A stretch of DNA of 64,000 bases, from the NCBI GenBank assembly GCA_032128875.1, contig JAVLKG010000003.1, positions 321,008 to 385,007 on the forward strand, read 5' to 3'. Positions within the stretch are counted from its first letter, which is position 1. Each line of letters opens with the position of its first letter. Positions 9,974 to 20,337 of this stretch are shown piece after piece. The stretch is from Candidatus Melainabacteria bacterium 17Bon1m (GTDB lineage Bacteria > Cyanobacteriota > Vampirovibrionia > Obscuribacterales > Obscuribacteraceae). The notes under the pieces are model-generated. The model had not been told where the DNA came from, searched no databases, and saw only the letters and a list, made by a program, of their open reading frames with translations. Both the position numbers and the translations under genes were made by a program.

Positions 9974-10013
9974 AATTAGTTGACAAAGTCAACTAATTGA
10001 TTGACACTGTCAA
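9974..10013. promoter_or_regulatory. two tandem palindromic operators (TTGAC-N3-GTCAA) upstream of the MarR-GNAT gene
   Basis: AATTAGTTGAC-AAA-GTCAACTAATT (perfect 11-bp arms, 9974-9998) and TTGAC-ACT-GTCAA (10001-10013). Confidence 0.7.
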
Positions 10014-10092
10014 GTAGTGTTGGCGGCGAGGGCCGGAAACGTCCTTCCGTTGGAGGGTTTCCAACCTTTGTCCGACGTCTCTGGAGAAGACT

Positions 10093-11031
10093 ATGTCAAA
10101 ACCGTCTGCGAGTGTTTTTGAAAAACGAGTCAATGAAGTCAGGCAGTTCAATAGGTTTTACACAAAGCAGATCGGAGCGCTAAGCGAAAATTACCTCGAC
10201 AGCGATTTCTCGCTTGCCGAAACTCGTGTGTTGTACGAACTTGCTCACAAAGACGATTTGACGGCGAAGCAACTGTGCGCCGACTTGGATATGGACGCTG
10301 GGTACTTGAGCCGAATTTTGCGTGCTTTCGAGGAGCGTGGATTGATAAAGCGCGTTGCGTCCAAGGCAGATGGGCGGCAGCATTTGATTGTGATGACGGC
10401 CAAAGGGCGCAAGGAATTTACGCCTCTGGAGCGTGGCGCCTTTGATGGCGTTGCACAACTTCTGGAGCCTCTGGCGAATGAGAAGCAGGAGGAAGTTATG
10501 GAAGCGATGAAAGTGATTCGTAATGCACTTGGCGATGAGCTTCCGAAAACCAATTCCTTTGTGTTGCGACCTTCGAAGCCTGGAGATATGGGTTGGGTTC
10601 TCTATCGGCATGCCGCGATTTATGGGCAGGAATACGGTTGGGATGAGCGTTTTGAGTCGTTGGTTGCTGATGTTGTTGCTGACTATTTGAGAAACCACGA
10701 TCCGTCAAAGGAAAATTGTTGGATCGCTGAGAAAGATGGAAAGAATGTTGGTTCTATTTTTCTCGTCCGCGAATCAGATGAAATCGCAAAACTTCGTTTG
10801 CTCATCGTCGAGCCGGAGACGCGCGGAATGGGCATTGGTGCACGTTTGGTCGAAGAGTGCATTCGATTTGCAAAACAAAGCGGCTATAAGAAAATAAGAC
10901 TTTGGACAAACAGCTGTTTGCATTCTGCACGAAAGATTTATGAGCGCTGCGGATTTTATTTGGTGGAAGAAAGTCCACACAATATGTTCGGCGAAGGACT
11001 CGTCGGACAAACTTGGGAATTGATTCTGTAA
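10093..11031 (+). CDS. bifunctional MarR-type HTH regulator / GNAT N-acetyltransferase
   Basis: VRQFNRFYT, DAGYLSRIL and DGRQ in the MarR domain; LRLLIVEPETRGMGIGARLV and ARKIYERCGF in the GNAT domain. Confidence 0.92.
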   Translation: MSKPSASVFEKRVNEVRQFNRFYTKQIGALSENYLDSDFSLAETRVLYELAHKDDLTAKQLCADLDMDAGYLSRILRAFEERGLIKRVASKADGRQHLIVMTAKGRKEFTPLERGAFDGVAQLLEPLANEKQEEVMEAMKVIRNALGDELPKTNSFVLRPSKPGDMGWVLYRHAAIYGQEYGWDERFESLVADVVADYLRNHDPSKENCWIAEKDGKNVGSIFLVRESDEIAKLRLLIVEPETRGMGIGARLVEECIRFAKQSGYKKIRLWTNSCLHSARKIYERCGFYLVEESPHNMFGEGLVGQTWELIL

Positions 11032-11050
11032 GGGGAAAGTCAGTCTCTTC

Positions 11051-11692
11051 TTAGACTTCTACAGTTTCAAAATCATAGTTTTCTTCGTCTTCCTTCACTA
11101 TCGAAGGAGGATTGTGCTCACCGTAAATGTCGTCAAACGTGAGTGAGAAAACATCGCCAGGCAACGAATGGAGTTGCAACGTTTGCTCGCGTCCGAGAGA
11201 TTCGAATTGCCATTTGTTGCTATTAGTGCGCCGATAAACGTCGATCTGCTGCCGATCTTGATGGACTATTATGTACTCTCTCAGCGTGTCAATTTTTTGA
11301 TAGGCGACTAGCTTTTCCCTAAGGTCGATTTGTTTGGTTGAGGGCGACAGTATCTCGAGCACCAGGACGGGTTGCTCCTTAAAAACACTTTTGGGCTGAA
11401 AAGATTCACAGCTAACCATAATGTCCGGATAGTAAAAGCTATTTGCTGCTGCAATTCTAACCTTCATGTCGTTCGAGTAGACGTGGCAAGGTCCGTCTTT
11501 CAGTCGTGCATGTATGGACGCGAAGATATTGCCGCAGACGTGATTGTGAGCGTCGGTTGACCCAGTCATCGCGAAGACGTGACCGGCAACGTACTCGTGG
11601 CGTACTGTCGCGCTTTCTTCGAACGCGAGATACTCATCTTCCGTCATGTGCGGCGGATGTTCTGAACGTGGCACAGTATGTTCTCCGAACAC
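11051..11692 (-). CDS. Uma2 family (DUF820) putative endonuclease
   Basis: EYLAFE..RHEYVAG, YPDIMVSC, EILSPST and LREYIIV. Confidence 0.9.
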   Translation of the reverse strand: MFGEHTVPRSEHPPHMTEDEYLAFEESATVRHEYVAGHVFAMTGSTDAHNHVCGNIFASIHARLKDGPCHVYSNDMKVRIAAANSFYYPDIMVSCESFQPKSVFKEQPVLVLEILSPSTKQIDLREKLVAYQKIDTLREYIIVHQDRQQIDVYRRTNSNKWQFESLGREQTLQLHSLPGDVFSLTFDDIYGEHNPPSIVKEDEENYDFETVEV

Positions 11693-11743
11693 TCGTGACA
11701 GTTCAGATCATAACACAGTAATAAAGCCGTTCTGCCCTGAAAC

Positions 11744-12007
11744 CTAGGTACTGCGCGCCGTCTTGCGATTCAAGTGATTCTCATCTGTGGGTGCGACAAA
11801 TCCCGCGAAGTACGCCAAGAAAAATGGAAACGCTTTCCTTGCGAATCTATTTAAACGCGTGTGGAAATTGTCGTCCAGCAAGTGATCGATTTGTTTCTTA
11901 GCTGGCTCCTTCAGCAAGTCCGAGAGGCGCACAAGATTGGGAAACTTCTTGACGAAGTATCCATGAAGCTTGTCTTTTAACCATGCTTTGCGGCGATCCG
12001 AAATCAT
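11744..12007 (-). CDS. small hypothetical protein
   Basis: ATG overlaps the TGA stop of the fasciclin gene (ATGA coupling). Confidence 0.45.
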   Translation of the reverse strand: MISDRRKAWLKDKLHGYFVKKFPNLVRLSDLLKEPAKKQIDHLLDDNFHTRLNRFARKAFPFFLAYFAGFVAPTDENHLNRKTARST

Positions 12008-12597
12008 TGAATGTCTCCAGCTTTGTTACTCGACTCGTTCATTGCGAGGTTTTCCATTCCGGTTAGAGGAAACAGGACTGTATCTATAGAGTGGATTACA
12101 CCATTGCGGCAAGCGATGTCCGGCTTGTTGATCAGCGCGCTCGAAACAGTGACCGTTTTGGCACTATTTATGTTCGTCATCAAAAAGTCGCCGGTCAAAG
12201 TGCGCAGAGAGTCAAATTTGATATTCGAGCTCATCAGGCGCTTTTGAACAATGTGATATCTGACTATCTGTTTTAGACGCGCCTTATCCTGAAATAGCTT
12301 TGTAAATGTATCTTTGGAGAGGCTGGCGAAAGCGCGGTCATTCGGCGCAAATATCGTGTAGGGTCCTCGTCCTGTCTCCAACGGATACTGCATGCCTGTT
12401 ACCCGCAGTGCTTCCAAAAACATTCTAAAATTGCCTTCCTGTTGCAGCTTTTGCACAACATTGTTGGAAATAATGTGTCGGCGCAGATGCGGTGGTACCT
12501 GAACTGCCAGACCCGGGGACGGAAGCAGGAGCGGCGTCATGGCGCTCAAAGTTGCGATAATTAAGGCAGAACGGTCAAAGCCTTTTAGAGTTAACAT
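12004..12597 (-). CDS. fasciclin (FAS1) domain secreted protein
   Basis: GPYTIFAPNDRAF, YHIV and NGVIHSIDTVLFP motifs; start reassigned to ATG 12597 with GGGAGG RBS and signal peptide. Confidence 0.9.
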   Translation of the reverse strand: MLTLKGFDRSALIIATLSAMTPLLLPSPGLAVQVPPHLRRHIISNNVVQKLQQEGNFRMFLEALRVTGMQYPLETGRGPYTIFAPNDRAFASLSKDTFTKLFQDKARLKQIVRYHIVQKRLMSSNIKFDSLRTLTGDFLMTNINSAKTVTVSSALINKPDIACRNGVIHSIDTVLFPLTGMENLAMNESSNKAGDIQ

Positions 12598-12730
12598 ATT
12601 TGCCTCCCATTGCGGCTTTCGAAGCTTATGGGGCGCTTCGAGCAGCATTGGTAAGACAAAGCGGCCTTCCATTTGTTCCTTGGAAGACGTAACCTTCTGT
12701 GAAAACCTGAACCTGTGAGCTGAAAGAGAG

Positions 12731-13282
12731 ATGACAATCGAAACAACGCGTCTTATATTGCGCGAATGGAAAGATTCTGATTTTGAACCTTTCGCTGCGC
12801 TAAATGCTGACCCTGAAGTGATGGAATTCTTTCCAAAGACAATGACGCACGATGAAACTGCCGCGATGATACAGCGCACGAAGGCTCGATACGCCGAAGA
12901 CGGCTTTTGTCTGTGGGCAACAGAGGAAAAGGAAACAGGCGATTTCATTGGATTTATCGGTTTGGCGAAACCCAATTTTGAAGCGAAGTTTACTCCATGT
13001 GTTGAAATTGGTTGGCGACTCGCGCGCCGCTTTTGGGGCAAAGGTTACGCGCCTGAAGGAGCACTGGCGGTTCTTCAAGACGGGTTTGAGAATCACGGTT
13101 TGGATGAGATTGTCTCTTTCACGGCAGAAATAAATTTGAAATCAATTCGCGTGATGGAGAAAATTTCCATGTGGCGCGATCAGGAAAACGATTTTATGCA
13201 TCCGAACGTTGCAGACGGACATCGGCTAAAGCCTCATGTTCTGTACAGAATGACGCGGAAGGATTGGCAGCATCTCAAGTAG
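12731..13282 (+). CDS. GNAT N-acetyltransferase (RimJ/RimL type)
   Basis: IETTRLILREW, VEIGWRLARRFWGKGYA and SIRVMEKI. Confidence 0.9.
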   Translation: MTIETTRLILREWKDSDFEPFAALNADPEVMEFFPKTMTHDETAAMIQRTKARYAEDGFCLWATEEKETGDFIGFIGLAKPNFEAKFTPCVEIGWRLARRFWGKGYAPEGALAVLQDGFENHGLDEIVSFTAEINLKSIRVMEKISMWRDQENDFMHPNVADGHRLKPHVLYRMTRKDWQHLK

Positions 13283-13331
13283 GGGAAGCGCATGCGCTTC
13301 CCTGGCAGGGAGCCGCATGCGGCGCCCCTAC
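13279..13331. repeat. 53-bp GTAG-type REP-like double-hairpin element
   Basis: GTAG-GGGAAGCGCATGCGCTTCCC-TGGCA-GGGAGCCGCATGCGGCGCCC-CTAC between convergent genes; its TAG is the GNAT stop codon. Confidence 0.85.
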
Positions 13332-13349
13332 GGTTTCGGTATGCGGCTC

Positions 13350-14348
13350 CTACGCTTCCGGCTTTCTGAAGACGACGCCCATATTGGATGTTTGACCAGT
13401 GGTGGCTTTAATCGCCAGGTCTGTGGCAGCGAAGAAACCGTTCCTTATGAAGTTTCCTAGATTTGTCTTGGCCCAGTCGATGGGCGGGAAGAGCGAGTCA
13501 GCAAGCGGGCTGAGGATAGGATTTGCTTTCAGCATCGAGTGCATTGTCCAAACCCAAAAGATAGCGTTAGGTTGAAACTCCAAGTGCACGAGTTCGAAAT
13601 TTGTCAGGCGTGCAAGTTCTTTCACCGATTTTGGATCGTAGAAAACCCAGTGGCGAGGAAAATGATAAGCGCCCCAGTGCCTGTTTTTGAACATTTTTGC
13701 GTCGAGTGATTCGATGTTGGGAGTCCAGAACCAAAAGACTCCACCGGGTTTTAGAATCCGTCGTACCTTTTCTGCGAAAGCTTTTGGATCTGGAACGTGT
13801 TCGATTACGTGACTCGCCCAAACAAAATCAAAATAATTTTCCGGCAACTCAACATCTTCGAATCTTCCAGCGTAAGCCTTATGCCCTGCGGCATTTGCTT
13901 TCTCGACGGCTTTTTCGTTCATGTCCACGCCATAAGTTTCTACTTGGCGCGTGCGGACTTTTTTGAACCAGTTGAGAATATGTCCATCGGCACAACCAAT
14001 ATCCAATACTCGCACCGGATCTGGTGCAGTGACGAAGGTTAGGCAACCTTCCAAACCTTTGAGAATTTGTTGATAACGATACTTGTAATAGAAGTTCTGG
14101 CGCTGGTTTTCATCATACCCTTCTTCCAGGCTGTATGCGTAATAGTTTGGGGGATAAATGGTCGAAAGCTCAGAAACATCTGGTCGTGGATTTAGATAGA
14201 CAAGACCACACTTGCGACAACGGACAACGTTGAAAACGTCATCCGTCGTGTTTGTGTATTCGTGCTCAACGCCTGTCGTAACCAGGTCGGCATCGGTAGA
14301 GCCGCAATTATTGCAGCTCGTTTCGACCTTCTTAATGTCCGACTTCAT
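13350..14348 (-). CDS. class I SAM-dependent methyltransferase with N-terminal Cys zinc ribbon
   Basis: CNNC...CRKCGLVYLNPRP; VLDIGCADG; HVIEHVPDP; LKPGG. Confidence 0.88.
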   Translation of the reverse strand: MKSDIKKVETSCNNCGSTDADLVTTGVEHEYTNTTDDVFNVVRCRKCGLVYLNPRPDVSELSTIYPPNYYAYSLEEGYDENQRQNFYYKYRYQQILKGLEGCLTFVTAPDPVRVLDIGCADGHILNWFKKVRTRQVETYGVDMNEKAVEKANAAGHKAYAGRFEDVELPENYFDFVWASHVIEHVPDPKAFAEKVRRILKPGGVFWFWTPNIESLDAKMFKNRHWGAYHFPRHWVFYDPKSVKELARLTNFELVHLEFQPNAIFWVWTMHSMLKANPILSPLADSLFPPIDWAKTNLGNFIRNGFFAATDLAIKATTGQTSNMGVVFRKPEA

Positions 14349-14372
14349 TGCCTGCCTTCGCTAACCGAGTGA

Positions 14373-15821
14373 TTATGTTTTTTCCCAGGTGGGACCTTCG
14401 GCAGTATCCATTACGCTAATTCCGGCTTTTGCCAACTCGTTGCGTATTAAATCAGAAGTCTTGAAGTCCTTGTTGGCACGCGCGTCTTGGCGCAACTGCA
14501 GAAGCAAAGCAAGAACCTGCTCTGTGGAATTTCGGTCTACAACTTTTCTTGTATCGGCAAGAGTAAATCCGAGAACACCTGCGTAGTCTTTCAGTGCTTT
14601 TGCCCAAAGCTTTCTTTGTGCTGCGTCTTTGGACGCGGAGATTTTGTCGGCAAGCCCGAAAAGATGCGATACGGCAACGGCTGTATTAAAATCGTTGTCC
14701 ATTGCCGTGACGAACTCTTTGTGGAATTCGCTGATTGTCTGATCGTTGCTATACGCTTCTGCGGCTTTTTGATCAAAGCGGTAATGCTTTGACGGGTAAA
14801 AGCCGCTGCCGTTTTCTTCTGAGTCCGCAAACAACGCTGCTCGTACAAGGCGCATCAATGCCTGTTTTGCAGCATTCATGGCTTCAGGGCTGAAGTCAAT
14901 CGGGTTGCGATAGTGCGTTTGCAAAATGAACAAGCGAAGAGTATCTGCCGAATATTCTCTGAGCAGATCGCCGATTGTTTTGAAGTTGCCCAATGACTTG
15001 GACATCTTTTCTTCGCTTACATTGACGAAGCTGTTGTGCATCCAGTATTTGGCAAGCGGCTTGTCGTGGAGCGATTCGGACTGCGCCTTTTCATTTTCAT
15101 GGTGAGGGAAGACGAGATCTTCTCCTCCGCCGTGGATATCGATTGTTTCGCCGAGCACGGATTTGATCATCGAAGAGCACTCGAGGTGCCAACCTGGGCG
15201 CCCAAATCCCCAGGGACTTGTCCAACCAGTCTCAGTTTCTGGTGCGCTTTTCCAGAGAGCAAAATCGACCGGGTTGCGTTTCACGTCCTTTAATTCATCT
15301 TGCGAGCGGACTTGATCGCGCGCACCAGATTTCAGATCTTCGATGTTTTTCTTTCCGAGCTTGCCGTAATCCGGGCATGCACCAACATCGAAATAAACAT
15401 CACCGCCGGACTCATACGCTTTGCCTTTTTTGACAAGGTCCGCCGCCATACCGATCATCTGTTGAAGATACTCAGTGGCACGCGGCTCAATGTCCGGTGG
15501 GGCAACGTTAAGCGCGTACATATCCTGCCAGAATTCGTAGAGAAAATGGCGCGCTAATTGGTCTGGACGAATGTTCAATTCTTTCGCCCGGTTGATGATT
15601 TTGTCGTCGATGTCAGTGATGTTGCGAACGAAGGTGACTTTGTACCCAGCAAAACGCAAGTATCGCTGAATCACGTCCCAAACGATCGCCATGCGCGCAT
15701 GCCCAAGGTGGCTGGAATCATAGACAGTCGGACCGCAAGCGTAAAGCTTGACTTTGCCGGCTTCTATGGGCACAAACTCTTCTTTCTTTCCTGTCAGCGT
15801 ATTAAATAGTTGGATGGACAT
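14373..15821 (-). CDS. cysS: cysteine--tRNA ligase
   Basis: YACGPTVY, HLGH, GRPGWHLECS, DIHGGGEDLVFPHHENE and KMSKSLGN. Confidence 0.98.
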   Translation of the reverse strand: MSIQLFNTLTGKKEEFVPIEAGKVKLYACGPTVYDSSHLGHARMAIVWDVIQRYLRFAGYKVTFVRNITDIDDKIINRAKELNIRPDQLARHFLYEFWQDMYALNVAPPDIEPRATEYLQQMIGMAADLVKKGKAYESGGDVYFDVGACPDYGKLGKKNIEDLKSGARDQVRSQDELKDVKRNPVDFALWKSAPETETGWTSPWGFGRPGWHLECSSMIKSVLGETIDIHGGGEDLVFPHHENEKAQSESLHDKPLAKYWMHNSFVNVSEEKMSKSLGNFKTIGDLLREYSADTLRLFILQTHYRNPIDFSPEAMNAAKQALMRLVRAALFADSEENGSGFYPSKHYRFDQKAAEAYSNDQTISEFHKEFVTAMDNDFNTAVAVSHLFGLADKISASKDAAQRKLWAKALKDYAGVLGFTLADTRKVVDRNSTEQVLALLLQLRQDARANKDFKTSDLIRNELAKAGISVMDTAEGPTWEKT

Positions 15822-15878
15822 AATGCTTCTCTCTTAGTCAAAGTGCGTCACAACTGCGTGCGTTTACTTGGCACGCTG

Positions 15879-17336
15879 CTATGCGCAGAGACAGAGAATG
15901 TCTTCCAGTCTGGATTTGACGCGCTCTGGTCCGAGAATGGAAATGATGGCGCCCAAATCCGGACCTTGCACTTTACCCGAGAGGGCTGCGCGCAATGGCC
16001 AGTACAGGTCTTTTCCTTTCAATCCCAATTCGGCTCCAAGCTTGTCTACAACAGCCTTGCAGCCGGCGTGATCGCCAAAAGGAAAATCGCCGAGATGTTT
16101 TAGCGTAGCTTCTAAAACTTTCTTGGCAGTGTCTTTCGACAGTGCCTTCTCTTTCAGTTCTTCACTAATTTGAAGCTTCTTGGTGAAGTAAAACTCAGTC
16201 GCGCCCATGACTTCGGAGAGCATGGTGAGACCATCGCGAACGCTCGCAATAATCTGCTCGAGTTCTGAACTCGAATAAGTTTCGGTTTCGAGCAAAGTCA
16301 GATATGGCTTGGCACGCTCAGTTATGAGTTCGATCGGCAGCGAGCGAATATAGTGCGCGTTGTACCAGTTCAATTTTTGAACATCGAAAACGGCTGGACT
16401 CTTGCTGATTTTGTAGAGATCGAACATCTCGCATGCTTCCGGCAAGCTGAAGAATTCTTTGCCGTCCGGCAAGGTCCAACTCATTGCGGCAAGGTAATTG
16501 ACCATCGCTTCAGGCATGTAGCCATCGACGCGGTACTTGTTGATATGCACTGCTTCACCGTGTTTGCGCTTCGACAGCTTGGCGCGGTCGAGGTCGAAAA
16601 TCAGCGGTGCGTGCGCAAATTCCGGCACTTGGTGATTGAGTGCCTCGTAAAGCAAAATCTGCTTTGCTGTATTCATGATGTGGTCTTCGCCGCGAATGAC
16701 GTGTGTCATCTTCATGTCGATGTCATCGACGACTACTGCAAAATTGTAGATGGCGACGCCGTTCGATTTGACGATAACCATATCGCCGCCCAAAACTGAA
16801 GCTTCAATGGCGATTTCGCCTTTGATATTGTCGTGCCACGAAATAACACGTGGCTCTTCAATTTTGAAACGGATGGACGGAATGCGCCCTTCAGCGACGT
16901 ATTTTTCTACCTGATCTTTCGACAGATTGCGGTGACTGTTGTCGTAGCGGTGAGCGATATCAGTGTCTTTCTGAGCTTCCTTCATCGCCGCCAATTCTTC
17001 AGGCGTTTCATATGAAAAGTAGGCGTGCCCTCTGTTGATGAGCTTGTTTGCCACTTCGGTGTAGTGGTCAATTTTCTGCGTTTGCTTGTATGGCGCAAAC
17101 GGACCGCCGATATCCGGGCCTTCGTCCCAGTTGAGACCCAGCCACTTCAGACCATCGATGATGTCCTGTGTGTAATTCTCTTGTGACCTGACTTCATCGG
17201 TGTCTTCAAGGCGGAAAACGAATGTGCCCTTATTGCGGCGGGCGTACAAGTAATTGTAGAGCGCCGTTCTGGCGGTGCCCAAATGCAGGTGCCCGGTTGG
17301 ACTGGGCGCTATTCGAACTCTGACAGCTGGGGGCAC
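15879..17336 (-). CDS. gltX: glutamate--tRNA ligase
   Basis: RIAPSPTGHLHLG, RLEDTD, THVIRGEDH and KLSKR. Confidence 0.97.
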   Translation of the reverse strand: MPPAVRVRIAPSPTGHLHLGTARTALYNYLYARRNKGTFVFRLEDTDEVRSQENYTQDIIDGLKWLGLNWDEGPDIGGPFAPYKQTQKIDHYTEVANKLINRGHAYFSYETPEELAAMKEAQKDTDIAHRYDNSHRNLSKDQVEKYVAEGRIPSIRFKIEEPRVISWHDNIKGEIAIEASVLGGDMVIVKSNGVAIYNFAVVVDDIDMKMTHVIRGEDHIMNTAKQILLYEALNHQVPEFAHAPLIFDLDRAKLSKRKHGEAVHINKYRVDGYMPEAMVNYLAAMSWTLPDGKEFFSLPEACEMFDLYKISKSPAVFDVQKLNWYNAHYIRSLPIELITERAKPYLTLLETETYSSSELEQIIASVRDGLTMLSEVMGATEFYFTKKLQISEELKEKALSKDTAKKVLEATLKHLGDFPFGDHAGCKAVVDKLGAELGLKGKDLYWPLRAALSGKVQGPDLGAIISILGPERVKSRLEDILCLCA

Positions 17337-17709
17337 GATGACTATCCTTTTGACTTTTAAACCGACTGACGCCTTGTTGTACCCGCCGTGCGGCGGTGAG
17401 TCCGATATTCTACCAAAAATCGGCGAAAAACCCCATAGGGCTTGGCACTTGAGGGATTGAGAAAGGCTGGTTTTCGAGGATAAACCGGTGTTAGAGCCAA
17501 TTCCGGGCTGTTACAAAAACGCAAAGTGCCACTCGAAAGAAACACCTCGTGACAGTTTCGTGGGCTGGCGGGTGCAGCAAGATTAACTGCCCCGGCCGAA
17601 TACGCTAAATTAGGGCAGGAATGCGGGTACAGAATTTAAGCGAAGTGCCGCAAAAATATAACTGATAAAGATCCCGGACTAGATTCAGTTGAGAAGTAAG
17701 AGTAAGTAG

Positions 17710-18378
17710 ATGGCAAAAATCTGTGTGGTAGAAGACAACGCTGACCTGGCCAACATGGTCAAGACCTTTCTTTTGTTTGAGCATCACACGGTTGAAACTA
17801 TCGGAAACGGAGGCGAGGCGCGCGACCACCTCAAAACTTTCGAGTACGACCTAATCATTTTGGATTGGGAGTTGCCGGAGGTTTCAGGCATCGAAATTTT
17901 GAAACAGTACCGTGCTCGTGGCGGGCAGTCGCCAATTTTGATGCTGACGGGTAAAGATGAAGTCGAGGATAAAGAAGCTGGGCTTGATGGCGGCGCCGAT
18001 GACTACCTGACCAAACCTTTCCATATGAAAGAGTTGGGCGCGCGTGTTCGGTCGTTGCTGAGAAGACCGGCCGCTGTCAAAGAAACGGTCTTGAAGGCGA
18101 AAAATCTGACACTGGATCCAACAAAATACAGAGTCCACAAAGATGGTGAAGTCATAACGCTGGTACCTAAGGAATTTCAGTTGTTGGAATTTTTGATGCG
18201 CCATCCAAATCAAGTTTTCACTCCGGAGGCTTTGTTGAATCGTGTCTGGCCTTCAGAATCAGAATCGACTACGGAAGCGCTTCGAACAACAATGAAGCGG
18301 TTGCGCAAAAAGGTCGATGAAGAAGGTGCGATTTTGAAAACTGTTCATGGCGTCGGATATATTTTAGAACTTGAGTAA
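17710..18378 (+). CDS. OmpR/PhoB family response regulator
   Basis: VVED, LIILDWELP, GADDYLTKPF, C-terminal wHTH ending TVHGVGY. Confidence 0.95.
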   Translation: MAKICVVEDNADLANMVKTFLLFEHHTVETIGNGGEARDHLKTFEYDLIILDWELPEVSGIEILKQYRARGGQSPILMLTGKDEVEDKEAGLDGGADDYLTKPFHMKELGARVRSLLRRPAAVKETVLKAKNLTLDPTKYRVHKDGEVITLVPKEFQLLEFLMRHPNQVFTPEALLNRVWPSESESTTEALRTTMKRLRKKVDEEGAILKTVHGVGYILELE

Positions 18379-20287
18379 TGAAGAAGGACTAAGCGGATTC
18401 AAGCTGAGCCACCAAGGGTGGTTGCTAATGCTCTTCTTTGTCATTGTAGAACTCAGTGTCGTAGGCGCTGAAGGCTATCTTGTACTGCAGGCGGAGAAAG
18501 AAGCCAAACGCGCCGAGCATGTCAAAGAAATAATTGCAAAGACAAATCATCTGGTGCAAGTTTGCTATGACACCGGCACGTCTGTTATGGAATACGCAAA
18601 ATCGAAGGACGAAACTCAGGCAGCCAGGTATAAGCAAAACCGCGATGAAACAAAGGAAATTTTGGTTTGGCTGAAAGAAGCGCTTAAGGATGATCCGGAA
18701 AATTTAGCAATATTGAATCGTGTCGACGCCAACTTGCAAATCGGCATGAGTACGATGGACAAGATCAAGCAAGCTGTCGATACTCAACCCTTGCTCGTGG
18801 CCGTTCGCTACGGATTTAAAGAGAAGAATAAATTGCAGCCGACCTTTGATGCTCTAGTCAGAGACTTGCTTTCGCTTGTCAGAGCACAGCGACGAATTGA
18901 AGAAGAAAGCCCTGCCGCCCAGCGCAGCCAGAGGGAATCACAAAAGGTAATCTTGCTTGCCGGCTTAGTACTGAATGTGGTGCTGGCGTTCGCGGGCGCC
19001 GGCTGGTTTACTCGCAAGCTTACTTCTCGGCTTGATGTTCTTGTCGAGAATACAAAGCGCATGAAGCGTGGAGAGGAGCTAAGCAAGCCTTTGTACGGTA
19101 GCGATGAGATTGCTGCTCTTGATTCCACCTTTCACGAGATGGCTTATACCCTCAGATTGAAGGAGCAGCTTCTCAAAGATAGCGAGGCGCGCGTACGAGC
19201 GATTATTGAGAAAGTACCTGTCGGTCTTGTCGTTTTTAGTGAAGAAGGCACAATTGAATTCGTCAATCCGACTCTGGCGGCGATGTTTAGAGAAGAGCCG
19301 GAGGATCTCGTGGGCAGAGCGCTATCCTCGCTAATGTCTCGCTCTCAAGCAACAAGCGACAGTGAATTTTCCGCACAGCTGAATGAGAAAGCGATGGAAC
19401 GTATTTTTGAAGTAACGTGCTTGCGAAAAGATACAGACAAAACGAATGATTCAAAAATCTCGGGAAGTTCGGACAATTCGATAGGTTTTGAGAAGTTTCC
19501 CGTCGAATTTTCGATGACGGTTTTTGAAACCGAGGACGGTGCCAAAAGACTCGGTATCTTGCTTGATGTTAGCGAGCGTCAGGAAATTCAGCGAATGAGG
19601 CAAGCATTCGTCTCGATGGTGAGCCACGAGCTGCGGACGCCACTGACGGCGGTGTCTGGGTTCATTTCGCTGTTGGAAATGGGTGCATTTGGTGAAGTTT
19701 CCAAAGAAGCAACCGAGCAAGCCGGAAGAGCGGAGGCAAATGTCTCCAGGTTGATCAAATTGATTACGGAACTGCTCGATCTGGAAAAAATGGATTCCGG
19801 GACGCTAAATGTTTCGAAAGCTAAATGCAAATTGCAGAAAATTTTGGAGTCCACGGATGAGGCTTCGCGTTCATTTGCTGAAAGCAAAGGCATCAAGCTT
19901 GAGATTGAGAGTGTCGACGGAGACGAGAATGCCGACCTCTACGCGGATGCCGACAGAATAGTGCAGGTGCTTGTAAACCTCATCTCCAATGCCGTGAAGT
20001 TCTCTCCACCGCAAGGGACGGTTCGCGTCGCATATAGTTTGGACGATGAATTTCTGGAGATGCGCGTTACTGACCAGGGGCGAGGCGTGCCTGCCAAGTA
20101 CAAAGAAGTGATCTTCGAGCGGTTTCAGCAGGTTGATGTTTCCGATGCCAAACAAAAGGGTGGCACCGGGCTCGGACTTGCGATATGCAAAACCATAGTG
20201 GAAATGCATGACGGAACTATTGCCGTCGATAGCGAAGAAGGAAAAGGCAGCACCTTTTGGTTTCGCATCAAACGAAACAAAAGCTAG
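18371..20287 (+). CDS. membrane sensor histidine kinase (periplasmic four-helix sensor, HAMP, PAS, HisKA, HATPase)
   Basis: Two TM helices, SHELRTPL H-box, [22 protein letters not shown] and GKGSTF; overlaps the response regulator stop. Confidence 0.95.
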   Translation: MSNEEGLSGFKLSHQGWLLMLFFVIVELSVVGAEGYLVLQAEKEAKRAEHVKEIIAKTNHLVQVCYDTGTSVMEYAKSKDETQAARYKQNRDETKEILVWLKEALKDDPENLAILNRVDANLQIGMSTMDKIKQAVDTQPLLVAVRYGFKEKNKLQPTFDALVRDLLSLVRAQRRIEEESPAAQRSQRESQKVILLAGLVLNVVLAFAGAGWFTRKLTSRLDVLVENTKRMKRGEELSKPLYGSDEIAALDSTFHEMAYTLRLKEQLLKDSEARVRAIIEKVPVGLVVFSEEGTIEFVNPTLAAMFREEPEDLVGRALSSLMSRSQATSDSEFSAQLNEKAMERIFEVTCLRKDTDKTNDSKISGSSDNSIGFEKFPVEFSMTVFETEDGAKRLGILLDVSERQEIQRMRQAFVSMVSHELRTPLTAVSGFISLLEMGAFGEVSKEATEQAGRAEANVSRLIKLITELLDLEKMDSGTLNVSKAKCKLQKILESTDEASRSFAESKGIKLEIESVDGDENADLYADADRIVQVLVNLISNAVKFSPPQGTVRVAYSLDDEFLEMRVTDQGRGVPAKYKEVIFERFQQVDVSDAKQKGGTGLGLAICKTIVEMHDGTIAVDSEEGKGSTFWFRIKRNKS

Positions 20288-20337
20288 ATCCTTAGCGCGC
20301 GGAAGCAGAGACGAAGCCGAAGCTGGAGCGTCTAAAA

